Shown here: in pieces, positions 47,830-57,255 of the stretch
Position numbering within the stretch: the first letter of the stretch is position 1
Layout: each line of letters opens with the position of its first letter
From: Halobacteriovoraceae bacterium
Lineage (GTDB): Bacteria; Bdellovibrionota; Bacteriovoracia; Bacteriovoracales; Bacteriovoracaceae
Direction of reading: 5' to 3'
DNA: 64,000 bases
NCBI GenBank assembly: GCA_963719505.1
Contig: CAVRCF010000001.1
Coordinates: forward strand, 256,001-320,000
Made by a program: the position numbers and the translations under genes
Notes under the pieces: model-generated
Told to the model about the DNA's origin: nothing
The model's input: only the letters and a program-made list of their open reading frames with translations
Databases searched by the model: none

Positions 47830-48829
47830 TACTCTCTCTTTGTGCAAGTTTTAATATTTGTGGCTCTAAGGTTTTCATAAGTGAACAGTGCTGTTCGACC
47901 ATATTGTGATTTTTGTGATCACTGATTGTCTTTTTACATCCGTTACAGATATCAAACATTGGGCAGCTTAGGCACTCATTTTTCATACTAAAAATACTTG
48001 GTTCATTTTTAAGGGGCGTGACGAGGTCTCCGCTCATTTCATTTTCAAAGTCAATAGAATACTCTTTATCGTCCCCGAAGGCGCCACAACTATAGTAGTC
48101 CCCGTCCGGTTGCAGGCACCTAATACCAGAGTCACAACTTCTATTTCTTGGACAAACTGTTTTTTTATTTTTGACTGTTTTCATTAACTCTTTACTATTG
48201 AATTCCCAATTAAATAAATTTAAATCTATAATCTCAAGGTATGTTTTATATATTTTCGAAAGTTGATAAGGTTTAGACTCTCTTCCACTAGCCATTGAGT
48301 AATTTAATTTGCACTCAATATTTAAACTCTTAGCCAGTCTTACATTATTAATGGCAAGGTGTTCATCCTCATCCGTAACAACACTTATAAAGTCAGGGTA
48401 GTAGCCAAGATAAGATTTAAATTTTTTCATAACATCGAGAAAAATTTCTTCAGTATAGATTTTTTTCTTACTAATCCTCCTCCCATTTCCGTAGTTAAAG
48501 GATGTAGCAATATTCACTCTTGGGTGACGAAAGAGATCTATCCATTTTTCAGGTTTTTTATAAAAGTCCCACAAGTTACTGGTAAAACTTATAGACGTTC
48601 TCATTTCTTTTTTATCTAAAAAATTGATAATCTTCCAATAATAGTCAGGGGAAACCATAAGCGGCTCTCCTCCGTTAACTATAATGGTATTGGTTTGCGG
48701 AAACCGATCTAAAAACTGATTTATTCTGCTTAAATCAAGTAAAGTTTTTTTGTCCTCGGCCAGCGTCGGTGAGCTACAAAAGGTGCAGGCAAAATCACAA
48801 ATGTCGGTTGGCTTTATAATTAAATCCAT
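47804..48829 (-). CDS. Radical SAM/SPASM protein (rSAM-2)
   Basis: CDFACTFC, NGGEPL, C-terminal C..C...PDGD.YSC...CLSCPMFDICNGC...C. Confidence 0.93.
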   Translation of the reverse strand: MDLIIKPTDICDFACTFCSSPTLAEDKKTLLDLSRINQFLDRFPQTNTIIVNGGEPLMVSPDYYWKIINFLDKKEMRTSISFTSNLWDFYKKPEKWIDLFRHPRVNIATSFNYGNGRRISKKKIYTEEIFLDVMKKFKSYLGYYPDFISVVTDEDEHLAINNVRLAKSLNIECKLNYSMASGRESKPYQLSKIYKTYLEIIDLNLFNWEFNSKELMKTVKNKKTVCPRNRSCDSGIRCLQPDGDYYSCGAFGDDKEYSIDFENEMSGDLVTPLKNEPSIFSMKNECLSCPMFDICNGCKKTISDHKNHNMVEQHCSLMKTLEPQILKLAQRESNEENFCLS

Positions 48830-48833
48830 AGCA

Positions 48834-49451
48834 TTACTCTACTTTTATTTTAATATCAATTCCAATGGATATTCTATCAGTTCTTGACGCAAGTGGGTGA
48901 ACCCAGTGATTTAGATAGGATGGAAAGATTAATAGCATTCTCTCCTCTGGCTTTATATTTACTTTCTCCATATTCCCAAAAGGAAGAGACATCCCCATGC
49001 CGGGAACTGGATTAAGGAATTCTATGGTCCCACCTATCCCCTTTGTTTGTGGAATTTGGCAGAAATATGTACAAGTAAAAGTTGATTGGGGATGAACATG
49101 AGGCACAACATAGTCTCTATCTTTTTGTACAAGGGCCCATCCTGTCTTTTTTATCTCAGTATTATTTACCATCGAATCATCGATCACTGGGTCTTCATGA
49201 GCTGAGAATTCATCTTCCTTTGTCCAAAAAGAGTAGAGTACATTAAAGTGCTCATTAATGATTGCATTAAGTTTTTCTATACACTTTGGTGGTTTAACAA
49301 GAAGATCGTGTTTTGAGATCCAAGCTTTAGACTTATCCTTCGACTCAAGAGCCTCTTTCATCAAAAGGTACTCCTTAATCTCTTCGTTTAAATAAGCTGG
49401 CACAATCTCTTTTTCAATAAGAATAGCAGTCGGAAAAAAAGTTTTAATCAT
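48834..49451 (-). CDS. Putative 2OG-Fe(II) oxygenase (TIGR02466-like)
   Basis: W..V......PHVHP....TY......G.IEF..P...P....L.IFPS.L.H.V.....RISI. Confidence 0.82.
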   Translation of the reverse strand: MIKTFFPTAILIEKEIVPAYLNEEIKEYLLMKEALESKDKSKAWISKHDLLVKPPKCIEKLNAIINEHFNVLYSFWTKEDEFSAHEDPVIDDSMVNNTEIKKTGWALVQKDRDYVVPHVHPQSTFTCTYFCQIPQTKGIGGTIEFLNPVPGMGMSLPFGNMEKVNIKPEERMLLIFPSYLNHWVHPLASRTDRISIGIDIKIKVE

Positions 49452-49452
49452 C

Positions 49453-50478
49453 TCAAGTGACCTCGTTATAAAATTCTTTCAGAAAACAATCTACCGTATT
49501 CCTCTGCCTAGAGGCAAAGTCAGCTGCTACGAAGCAATACAATCCACATCGGTCTAGGTTTTCACAAGATAAGCAACCTTGTGAACTTAGGAACCGTTCA
49601 GCCATCTCACCAACTGTATCTTTATTTGGTAAACCAAGGAAACTCTTAGGGTTGTAATCTAGATACTGACAATTAGAGATAGAGTTGTCAGCAGCGATTA
49701 ATATCCTATTTTCTGAACAGCATTGAATATCATTCGTCTCGTTTTCTAAATATCCTTTTATAGGGTGAGATTCAGGATAATATTTTGCCAGATAAAGTAG
49801 GGCTTGCTTACAGTCTAAATCGCTTGGATGAAAAATATTACTATTTTTTAAGTCCGGAACATACCAATCAAAATTAACCGGAAAGTTTTCATAACAATAG
49901 TCAAAAAGGTGATCCCTTTTTTTGAGCATCGATTGAATCGATAATTTGTGAAGTGTTACAGATATTGAGGCTATATAGTCTGAAAAAATATCTAAGTTAT
50001 CTCGAAAAACAGCTTTTTGTCTTTCGTCCCAACTCCTACCTGCAAAGTCAAAAGATGTTTGCAAGGTTATATTAATTTTATGTTCTCGAAATCCATCGAG
50101 GAACGCAAGAACCCTATCTGTTTTTTCGAATATTAAATTCGATGTGAAACTAAATACAACTTTTTTATTTTCTAGTAATGAATTTATTTTAAAAACAAAT
50201 CTTTTATATTCATTGAACCAACTGTCACCATACTGGTCTTGAAAAAGCTCTCCCCCCATCAAGTTAACAGAAAAACTGTCCCAAGCGTTTCTCTTTTTTG
50301 CTATGAATCTTTCAACAAGTAGATATTTTTCATCAATCGTTACTCCTTCAACCCCTTTCATGCTGTGGTCTTGACAACAGAAAGAGCATGAAAGATTACA
50401 GTCTTCAAACAAGTGAATTTCTATCTCAATTGTACTTGAGTGTTTCTTTGATAGAATTTTATTTGTTACATATGACAT
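49453..50478 (-). CDS. Radical SAM/SPASM protein (rSAM-3)
   Basis: LFEDCNLSCSFCCQDH, NLMGGELF, C-terminal CLSCENLDRCGLYC...C. Confidence 0.92.
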   Translation of the reverse strand: MSYVTNKILSKKHSSTIEIEIHLFEDCNLSCSFCCQDHSMKGVEGVTIDEKYLLVERFIAKKRNAWDSFSVNLMGGELFQDQYGDSWFNEYKRFVFKINSLLENKKVVFSFTSNLIFEKTDRVLAFLDGFREHKINITLQTSFDFAGRSWDERQKAVFRDNLDIFSDYIASISVTLHKLSIQSMLKKRDHLFDYCYENFPVNFDWYVPDLKNSNIFHPSDLDCKQALLYLAKYYPESHPIKGYLENETNDIQCCSENRILIAADNSISNCQYLDYNPKSFLGLPNKDTVGEMAERFLSSQGCLSCENLDRCGLYCFVAADFASRQRNTVDCFLKEFYNEVT

Positions 50479-50479
50479 A

Positions 50480-50998
50480 TTATTTTTCCAACTCAGGTGC
50501 AAAGAAGTCAAAGCTCAATAATCTTCTCTCCTGACTTGTCGCAACAACTCGATGTTCAAAGTTTTTCGACTGATTTAAGAGAACTAACATTTCTGGCTTT
50601 GGATAAACCTCACAAAAAGTGTCAAGACTTCTCACTTGCAAAGATCCGCCGCTATCTTTGTCCATATCATCTAAATAGAAAAGGCATGTTAAGTTAAACT
50701 TTTTGCTTTTTAAGTAATCGTTATGCCAGTTGTGTGAGTTTTGATCAATGCCTTTCCAAAGGCCAAAAGAATGGGGCTTTATATCCTTGAAATGTAATTT
50801 TAAATAGTTATCAAGTAAATAATCTTGAACTTTTTCAAGGCCAGATCTTTCAAGAGCACTTATATTTTTCTGAGAAAAACTTTCGCGTGCATTTGTAAAG
50901 ACACAACTTTTTAAATCGATCAATTGTGAAATTGAACTATCTTGAGCACAGTAGAGTCCCTCTATAATAAATTGGTTAAAATTTTCTATAAAGTTCAT
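50480..50998 (-). CDS. 2OG-Fe(II) oxygenase (prolyl-hydroxylase-like)
   Basis: WHND...LFYL......GG.L......P......L....FEH.V.....R (HxD...H...R). Confidence 0.85.
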   Translation of the reverse strand: MNFIENFNQFIIEGLYCAQDSSISQLIDLKSCVFTNARESFSQKNISALERSGLEKVQDYLLDNYLKLHFKDIKPHSFGLWKGIDQNSHNWHNDYLKSKKFNLTCLFYLDDMDKDSGGSLQVRSLDTFCEVYPKPEMLVLLNQSKNFEHRVVATSQERRLLSFDFFAPELEK

Positions 50999-51020
50999 AA
51001 ATCCGCATCAATCCTTTTAC

Positions 51021-51048
51021 TTGTAAATGCTGTTATCTTGCCTATAAT
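51021..51048 (+). promoter_or_regulatory. Putative sigma70 promoter of the (CHxS)3-protein operon, within a divergent intergenic region
   Basis: TTGTAA-16 nt-TATAAT about 40 bp upstream of ORF 51089. Confidence 0.5.
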
Positions 51049-51088
51049 AATAGTATTAACCAGTTCTTAATGTAAATAAAAGTAAGGA

Positions 51089-51646
51089 ATGAACCATATG
51101 CCAGCTCCTACGAAAGCTTATATCATTAGTCGCTTCAACTCAGTGGTAGCTTCACTACCTTCACGTAACAACGCAACCTATCATGCAGGAAACTTTCCCA
51201 ATATCGCACAACGGACAAGACTTGGAGCTTTTCCACTTGGCTCGAGAACAGAGCCAAATAAAACTGTTGCTGATATAGGTGTTACTGGAATGATGGCGAC
51301 AAATATATTTGAAATACTACACAACCTTGCGATGGAACTAACACGCGTCAGAAAAGCGAGGAATGTGCACTTAGTTGACAACAGATCTGACAATGGGGCT
51401 GTTCATGCAGTTGTAGGCTCACCCACACTAACGGCTCTACATCCAAGGCATGCTCAGTACTTTGACTTTCCAGGAAGTCATAAAAACGTCGGAGACCAAA
51501 TAAATCTTTCAGAAATTGAATCTTTTCTAAGTAGTCTTAGAACACGAGTACAGTACATAAGAAGCAGTGATGATCATTTATTTGAAATCGTCTCTTGCCA
51601 CTCAAGTTGTCACTCTAGTTGCCACGGTTCAAGAGCGAGAAGGTAG
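51089..51646 (+). CDS. Putative precursor/substrate protein with C-terminal SCHSSCHSSCHGSRARR
   Basis: Three tandem Cys-His-x-Ser units at the extreme C-terminus; first gene of an operon within the radical SAM cluster. Confidence 0.75.
   Translation: MNHMPAPTKAYIISRFNSVVASLPSRNNATYHAGNFPNIAQRTRLGAFPLGSRTEPNKTVADIGVTGMMATNIFEILHNLAMELTRVRKARNVHLVDNRSDNGAVHAVVGSPTLTALHPRHAQYFDFPGSHKNVGDQINLSEIESFLSSLRTRVQYIRSSDDHLFEIVSCHSSCHSSCHGSRARR
51593..51631 (+). repeat. 12-bp coding repeat x3 encoding (C-H-x-S)3
   Basis: tct-tgccactcaagt-tgtcactctagt-tgccacggttca; differences mostly synonymous. Confidence 0.85.
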
Positions 51647-51649
51647 AAA

Positions 51650-52378
51650 ATGCAAATGACTCACACAACAGCACCTTTATCAATGGAGCTTGTAAAAGAA
51701 CAATTTGAAAACAAAGAAATGACTTTTGTTATCAACTACAAAGAAAGTGAGCTTCAAGGAAAAAACCTTCTTGTCTATATTTCAAATCTTGAGCTCAATT
51801 GTGAAATTGATTTTCATTCGTGCTCTTTTGACAAAAGAGAAGAACTTATAAAAGAGTTTCTAAATGTTAATTGTATCAATAATATTAATTCACTTCGCCT
51901 CAATGCGGCTCATATTATTTTAGAGTTTATGGGTGTTGATTTCTCTGAAGAGATTCTCAACCCAGCTTTCTCAAAAAGTGAGATTCAAATTTTTATAAAA
52001 AATAATAAAGAAACTCTAGAAAAATGGAAAACATTTCTCCAATCAACTATGGTTTATAACCTTACATCTGTTAGTGCCGTTAATGAGGAATACAAGTTCG
52101 ATCAGATTTTCGAGACAGTTGATGACCCTTTTTATATCGGAAGAAATGTCGTCACACTCCTCTCTATTCCGACTTTTATGGAAAGGGTATACTCGATACC
52201 AGTGGAACAGGAGCTTTTTTATTTCAAGCAACAGTTTGAGGAGTGTATGTTTAAAGGCGAAAGTCTCTTTTATTATTTTTGTAACGAAGCAAACACTCCC
52301 TTTCTCATCTACAATATGCTCTTGACGGGTGATATGAGCATAGAAGAGCTTGAAGCAATTAAAACCCTAAAAGGCTAA
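51650..52378 (+). CDS. Hypothetical protein (cluster accessory)
   Basis: 242 aa; starts 3 bp after the precursor stop. Confidence 0.7.
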   Translation: MQMTHTTAPLSMELVKEQFENKEMTFVINYKESELQGKNLLVYISNLELNCEIDFHSCSFDKREELIKEFLNVNCINNINSLRLNAAHIILEFMGVDFSEEILNPAFSKSEIQIFIKNNKETLEKWKTFLQSTMVYNLTSVSAVNEEYKFDQIFETVDDPFYIGRNVVTLLSIPTFMERVYSIPVEQELFYFKQQFEECMFKGESLFYYFCNEANTPFLIYNMLLTGDMSIEELEAIKTLKG

Positions 52379-52379
52379 A

Positions 52380-53474
52380 ATGTTCAATCTTTTTAACGGT
52401 ATCTATCTAGATCTGGCAGATCGGTTTACATCTAAATACGACTACCTAACTGTTTCGACGACCAAAACCTTTCACCCCGCTGCAAAATACATAGAACAAG
52501 ACTTTGGTGAATCTCCCGCTTTTGATGACTATCTTGAAGAGAATTTTGATGCAGATGAAGATCGCTTTTGGCAATCACTTATAAACAAAGAAAAAAAGAA
52601 AAGCTTTGTCATCTATACTGACAGTGAGCTCTACCACCGGCTTCAACTTACCTTTTTTAAGAATATCTTTCCAAAAAGTGAAATAGATCAACTGCATAGA
52701 CTCTACAATTTCTATGTTTACAACGAACATATTCGCTCTAAGTTACAAGAAAAAAGAGGGGGAGAAAACCTAAGAGTCGATACGAAACACCTTCCTCACT
52801 ATACAGAAGAGGAATTTGAGCAGAAGTTGAAACAGCTTCCGAAACATAAATCTCTCTACTCCATGGATAAAGCATCACTTTGTTTTGAATTTTTGTTCTT
52901 ACAATATGTCATAGAAAGAGACTGCGTTTATTCTGCATATTTTTTAAAAAGAGTAAAAGACTTGTCTTGGAAAAATTGGTTCGAAGAAATTGGAGAGATC
53001 AGAACAGAAATCATTAACGGATTCTATCAACTCGACAAGATTTTAGATGATTCAAAGTTTAGTCTCGATGAAAACCTAGACTCTTTTCTTGCTAAAAATA
53101 ATCTAGAATGGATCTCTGACCTGAATCTTTACGGAGTTAACCCCGATTACTTCAAAAGAACATACAAGCCCGATGACTTTCTTAAGATTATCAATGCAAA
53201 AGATAAAATTGAATTTTCTTCAGATCAAGACTTCTCGGATCGCCTCACTAATAACTTCAAGACGAAAATGGAATACCTTTTCAGCGAGCGCTATGAAGAT
53301 CTTCTTTTGCTAGATGTGAAAGATTCTATTGGATGCTCCTTTACCAAAGGACAAATGCAAGCCAAAGTTAACACCTTACTTTTAAGTTACTTGTATTCAG
53401 TGGTCGATGGAAGGAATAGTTTTTTTGGTGAGACTCTCACTCTATCTGAAACAAAGTTGAGTCAAGATGAGTAA
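52380..53474 (+). CDS. Hypothetical protein (cluster accessory)
   Basis: 364 aa; tightly coupled on both sides. Confidence 0.7.
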   Translation: MFNLFNGIYLDLADRFTSKYDYLTVSTTKTFHPAAKYIEQDFGESPAFDDYLEENFDADEDRFWQSLINKEKKKSFVIYTDSELYHRLQLTFFKNIFPKSEIDQLHRLYNFYVYNEHIRSKLQEKRGGENLRVDTKHLPHYTEEEFEQKLKQLPKHKSLYSMDKASLCFEFLFLQYVIERDCVYSAYFLKRVKDLSWKNWFEEIGEIRTEIINGFYQLDKILDDSKFSLDENLDSFLAKNNLEWISDLNLYGVNPDYFKRTYKPDDFLKIINAKDKIEFSSDQDFSDRLTNNFKTKMEYLFSERYEDLLLLDVKDSIGCSFTKGQMQAKVNTLLLSYLYSVVDGRNSFFGETLTLSETKLSQDE

Positions 53475-54471
53475 TCCTGTTATCCTACAAAAAAAATCTG
53501 GAGATGGTGAGCTATTCGTCAATCTTTTTGAATGGTGCAACTTGAATTGCGATTTTTGTTGGCAGGATCATAATGACTGGAGTGGAATTGAAACCATTGT
53601 AGAAAGAAGCGTTGATATATTAAGCGCTATACGCAGTAGCAAAGAACCTCATTTTATTGTTAACCTTATGGGCGGCGAGCTTTTTGCCGATAAAATCCCA
53701 GATCAAACAATTTATGATTATTACAATATGGTTGAGGCTGTCTTCACGCAGTTGCCACCGAAAAAAACTATTGAAGTAAACTGGGTCACGAACCTTGTCT
53801 TCACAAAACTAGAAAGACTACAAGAGCTAGTCAATAAAACTCGAGCACTTGGCATTCAAAGCCGTATAACCACCAGCTTTGATTTTACTGGTAGATTTAG
53901 AAAAGCTTCGCGTCTTCTTTTTGAAAATAATATTAGAAAACTTGGATCAGAGGTGGGGACTATTTCCGTTGTCCTTACAAAACCTAATATAGAGAAGATG
54001 ATAAAAAACGATGATTCTTTATTCAAGGAACTTTACGCCCAAGGATTCTATTTTTATTTTGATTACTACTCACCAGAGAATAATTTCAAAGAGATGCTTC
54101 CCACCGATACACAACTTCAAGAGGGCTTATTATTTCTTCTTAGAAACTATCCAAATGTGAATCCCATTCAATCTTGGATTAAAAATGAATCAAACCCCAT
54201 GAGTTGTCAGTCCTCTATCGTCATAGACAAAGATGGTGTTAAAGGCAAATGTAAATCACTCGTTCCAGAAAGCATTAAAGTTGTATTAAAAAGTGAAAGT
54301 CACGACAATACCAATGCTGTTATGGAAGATCGTTTTAGTAACAAATACGACTGCATTAGTTGTGAATTCTACAAACGCTGTGGCATGGGATGTTTTTTGC
54401 AGCATGACTTCGATGGTTTTGAAACTCTTAGTGAATGTCTTTATAAAGAAATTTTTAGGAATATAACTTAA
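53467..54471 (+). CDS. Radical SAM/SPASM protein (rSAM-4), paralogue of rSAM-3
   Basis: LFEWCNLNCDFCWQDH, NLMGGELF, C-terminal CISCEFYKRCGMGC...C. Confidence 0.92.
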   Translation: MSNPVILQKKSGDGELFVNLFEWCNLNCDFCWQDHNDWSGIETIVERSVDILSAIRSSKEPHFIVNLMGGELFADKIPDQTIYDYYNMVEAVFTQLPPKKTIEVNWVTNLVFTKLERLQELVNKTRALGIQSRITTSFDFTGRFRKASRLLFENNIRKLGSEVGTISVVLTKPNIEKMIKNDDSLFKELYAQGFYFYFDYYSPENNFKEMLPTDTQLQEGLLFLLRNYPNVNPIQSWIKNESNPMSCQSSIVIDKDGVKGKCKSLVPESIKVVLKSESHDNTNAVMEDRFSNKYDCISCEFYKRCGMGCFLQHDFDGFETLSECLYKEIFRNIT

Positions 54472-55073
54472 TGTTTAATAAAGAGGCCGTCGAAATTCAA
54501 TATAACTCAAATGGCACCGTCGAAGAATCCTTTCGAACTCGTTCAAAAGTTGGAGAAGAGCTCTTAACACAGGCTCTAGCTCGCTGCTGTCAATTCGCGA
54601 TAGATAAAAAAGAAATAGAACTTATCTCCTATGCACCAAATGATGATTTGTCCGTCAAAGACCAAGCAATAGCACTCGTTTTTAACTCCGCAATTAGACA
54701 GAGTTCCCACCTAAGTGACTACCACGTCATAAAAGTAATGAATAATAATGAGAGTGTCTTAAAATGCTATGACAATGATTTTTGGAGACACCCAAACATA
54801 CCTCTACCAGTAAACGCCAGGCTTGCCCAACAGTTCGGCATTGGATTTTATCCTGATAACGAGGAGATTGACATCTATGACATGTACTTTTTTCATCACT
54901 CCCTTGAGGCGGTAGAAGATCACTTTAACCTTAATCTTAACCTACCAGATTTTGTTAAGGCTTATGGCTTCGGCCTCTATGGTGTTAGTTACAACTCAAA
55001 TTTAGAGGCTTTAAAATTGAAGAGATATTTTTACCCAAGTGACCCGCAGCTCAATAATCCTCAAGACCTATAG
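54471..55073 (+). CDS. Hypothetical protein (cluster accessory)
   Basis: 200 aa; TAATG stop-start overlap with rSAM-4. Confidence 0.7.
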   Translation: MFNKEAVEIQYNSNGTVEESFRTRSKVGEELLTQALARCCQFAIDKKEIELISYAPNDDLSVKDQAIALVFNSAIRQSSHLSDYHVIKVMNNNESVLKCYDNDFWRHPNIPLPVNARLAQQFGIGFYPDNEEIDIYDMYFFHHSLEAVEDHFNLNLNLPDFVKAYGFGLYGVSYNSNLEALKLKRYFYPSDPQLNNPQDL

Positions 55074-55673
55074 CAATCGAACTCCGACACTAAGTGTATA
55101 TCGATCTTTTTCAAAAGAATGAAAAGGTGTAGTTTTATGTTGAATATTCGATTTGCTTAAGTCCATCACGATAACATCAAAGTCAGCTGGAAGAAAACTA
55201 ACCTCTAGTCCTGTTGATTTGTCTCTAAAGGAAATGATGCCACCATCCTTTTTTTCGAGTGCAATTGGAATATGATAAATTAAAATCGTAAAGTCATCAG
55301 TAAATCTATCCCTACCATCGTTATCTGAATGCCACTCATTTCCAGCAGAACCATTCCAAACAGTTACACCCGATATTGTGTATCTTTTTAGGCCTATAAA
55401 TGTTGACGCATGTTTCTTTAAAAATTCCTCTACCCACCCTATAAAAGATGCATCTAGGTTTTTATCCTGAATAGAATCTAAGTCTGATTTATCCATTAGC
55501 GCTGCTAACTCAAAAGTTGATACAGGCACAGACTTCAGGTTAAACAAAGGAGATGATATCCACACGGAGGGATTAAAGAGTCCCCTAAATTTGCCTCTAT
55601 CCTCCAAGGGTAACCTGTAACGTGAATGTGCTAAATTTTTTACATCTTCAATAAGTTCCATCTTGTTTCCCAT
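55068..55673 (-). CDS. 2OG-Fe(II) oxygenase
   Basis: EWHSD...TILIY......GG.I.F......F.P......MD.....QH.......RY; start uncertain (55673 or 55661). Confidence 0.78.
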   Translation of the reverse strand: MGNKMELIEDVKNLAHSRYRLPLEDRGKFRGLFNPSVWISSPLFNLKSVPVSTFELAALMDKSDLDSIQDKNLDASFIGWVEEFLKKHASTFIGLKRYTISGVTVWNGSAGNEWHSDNDGRDRFTDDFTILIYHIPIALEKKDGGIISFRDKSTGLEVSFLPADFDVIVMDLSKSNIQHKTTPFHSFEKDRYTLSVGVRLL

Positions 55674-55729
55674 GTGTCCTATTATTGCATGAATTAGGGA
55701 ATATTGATATATTCTAAAAAAAGAGGGAT

Positions 55730-56806
55730 ATGCGCTTAGCCAAAGATATACAAATTTATTTAAAAACAACTGAGACCTGTAATCTTAACTGTAGTCATTG
55801 TTTCACAAGTGGAAGCAAAGGAAAAAAGATTTTCTTTAACCCCATAAAAACAGCGTCCTTTATTAAAAGTTTAAATAAGTCTGAGAATCTAAATTCGATG
55901 AGGATACTCTTTCATGGGGGAGAGCCTCTTTTAGCTCCAATAAAAGATCTTTATAATTTCTACGAAGAACTTCAAGACATCAAAAATATATCATTTGGTA
56001 TTCAAACAAACTTAGTATACAAGCTTAATCCCAAGAGGTTAAATTTTTTTAAAGATGTTTTAAAGCTAGAGGGGATTGGAACTTCATGGGATCCCAATAT
56101 TCGTTTTGGTTCAAATGGGTTAACAACAAAGGAACATGACCTTCACCTTTGGGAAACAAATATTAAAACTCTGGTAGATCTGGGTGCAGAAATAACCCTA
56201 ATGGTATCTCTATCAAGAGACGTAGTTGAATATTATGAGCCCAAGCAAATAATTGATTATGCTATTGAGCTTGGAATAAAGTATATACTTTTTGAAAGAA
56301 TAACGTTCGATGGGAATTCACAGGATAATGAAAATGTTCTTCCTTCCAACAAGAATTTAGACTTATGGATGCTTACTATGTACAAGCAAACACTAGAAGA
56401 TGATCGATTCTTAAAAATTGGAAATATGTTCCTAGACGAAATTGCTAGAAGCTATCTTCACGGAAACCACGTAGCGAATAGATGTAGAGGGTGTGAGCAA
56501 AAACTTATCACCATCAACGCCGATGGCACCCTCTCTGGTTGCCCCAACTCTGCCCCAACAAGTATTTGGGGTAGAATAGAAAAAGACCCAACCACCTTTA
56601 TTGCTTCACCTAAACGCACAGAGGCAATATGCAAAGAACAAATACGAAATTCCGTTTGCCTTACTTGTGAAGTAAATGACTTATGCAATGGCGACTGTTA
56701 CAAATTAAAATGGGATAAAGATATTTGTTCAGCTCCAAAAAGCTTATTTCAATTTCTCAAGACAACCGAAGGCTCTAAAAATTGCTCTAAGGTTCTCCTA
56801 ATATGA
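55730..56806 (+). CDS. Radical SAM/SPASM protein (rSAM-5)
   Basis: CNLNCSHC, FHGGEPLL, QTN, C..C...INADG..SGC...CLTCEVNDLCNGDC...C. Confidence 0.93.
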   Translation: MRLAKDIQIYLKTTETCNLNCSHCFTSGSKGKKIFFNPIKTASFIKSLNKSENLNSMRILFHGGEPLLAPIKDLYNFYEELQDIKNISFGIQTNLVYKLNPKRLNFFKDVLKLEGIGTSWDPNIRFGSNGLTTKEHDLHLWETNIKTLVDLGAEITLMVSLSRDVVEYYEPKQIIDYAIELGIKYILFERITFDGNSQDNENVLPSNKNLDLWMLTMYKQTLEDDRFLKIGNMFLDEIARSYLHGNHVANRCRGCEQKLITINADGTLSGCPNSAPTSIWGRIEKDPTTFIASPKRTEAICKEQIRNSVCLTCEVNDLCNGDCYKLKWDKDICSAPKSLFQFLKTTEGSKNCSKVLLI

Positions 56807-57255
56807 AAGAGTGGAAGTTAAGACAACAAATTTTTTCTCGTATTTTTTCAGATAAAAACCTAGGGGATAATCTCGACGAACAAGTTATCATTGAAGAGTT
56901 TGACCAGGAATCTATTCTTAAAAGAGCTTTAGAATATCCTTTTTCGAACAATGCGATTTGCCACTATCCAGGCAAGTCTTTTGCTATTGCTATTATCTTT
57001 TCTCTTTTGCTAGAAAAGCACTTCGGCGATTCTAGATTTAGCTATCTCTCAGACCCTAACCTTTTTATGGGAGAGGACCCTTACTTCATACCCTATACTG
57101 ATAGTAGGGATCTTTACGATAAGATCCTGGAAAGTTTTCCGGTAGAGTCGATAGATAGACCTGAGTCTTATGGACAAGACTTCCAAAAGACAGTGAATTA
57201 TTTTATGATGGAGTACTTGTTTCATGATGACACAAAAATGTTCGCCCCTTCTTAG
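56803..57255 (+). CDS. Hypothetical protein (cluster accessory)
   Basis: 150 aa; start overlaps the rSAM-5 stop region. Confidence 0.7.
   Translation: MKEWKLRQQIFSRIFSDKNLGDNLDEQVIIEEFDQESILKRALEYPFSNNAICHYPGKSFAIAIIFSLLLEKHFGDSRFSYLSDPNLFMGEDPYFIPYTDSRDLYDKILESFPVESIDRPESYGQDFQKTVNYFMMEYLFHDDTKMFAPS

Noticed and set aside
51593-51631. CxxxCH read as a c-type heme attachment motif
   Set aside because: Motifs overlap, spacing is non-canonical and there is no Sec signal for periplasmic heme ligation; less likely than an rSAM substrate, though not formally excluded.
46909-56806. rSAM enzymes as anaerobic sulfatase maturases, PqqE, MftC or canonical HxsB/C
   Set aside because: No sulfatase, pqq, mft or hxsD-like neighbours are recognisable and the proteins are short (about 305-360 aa); HMM searches are needed to exclude these fully.
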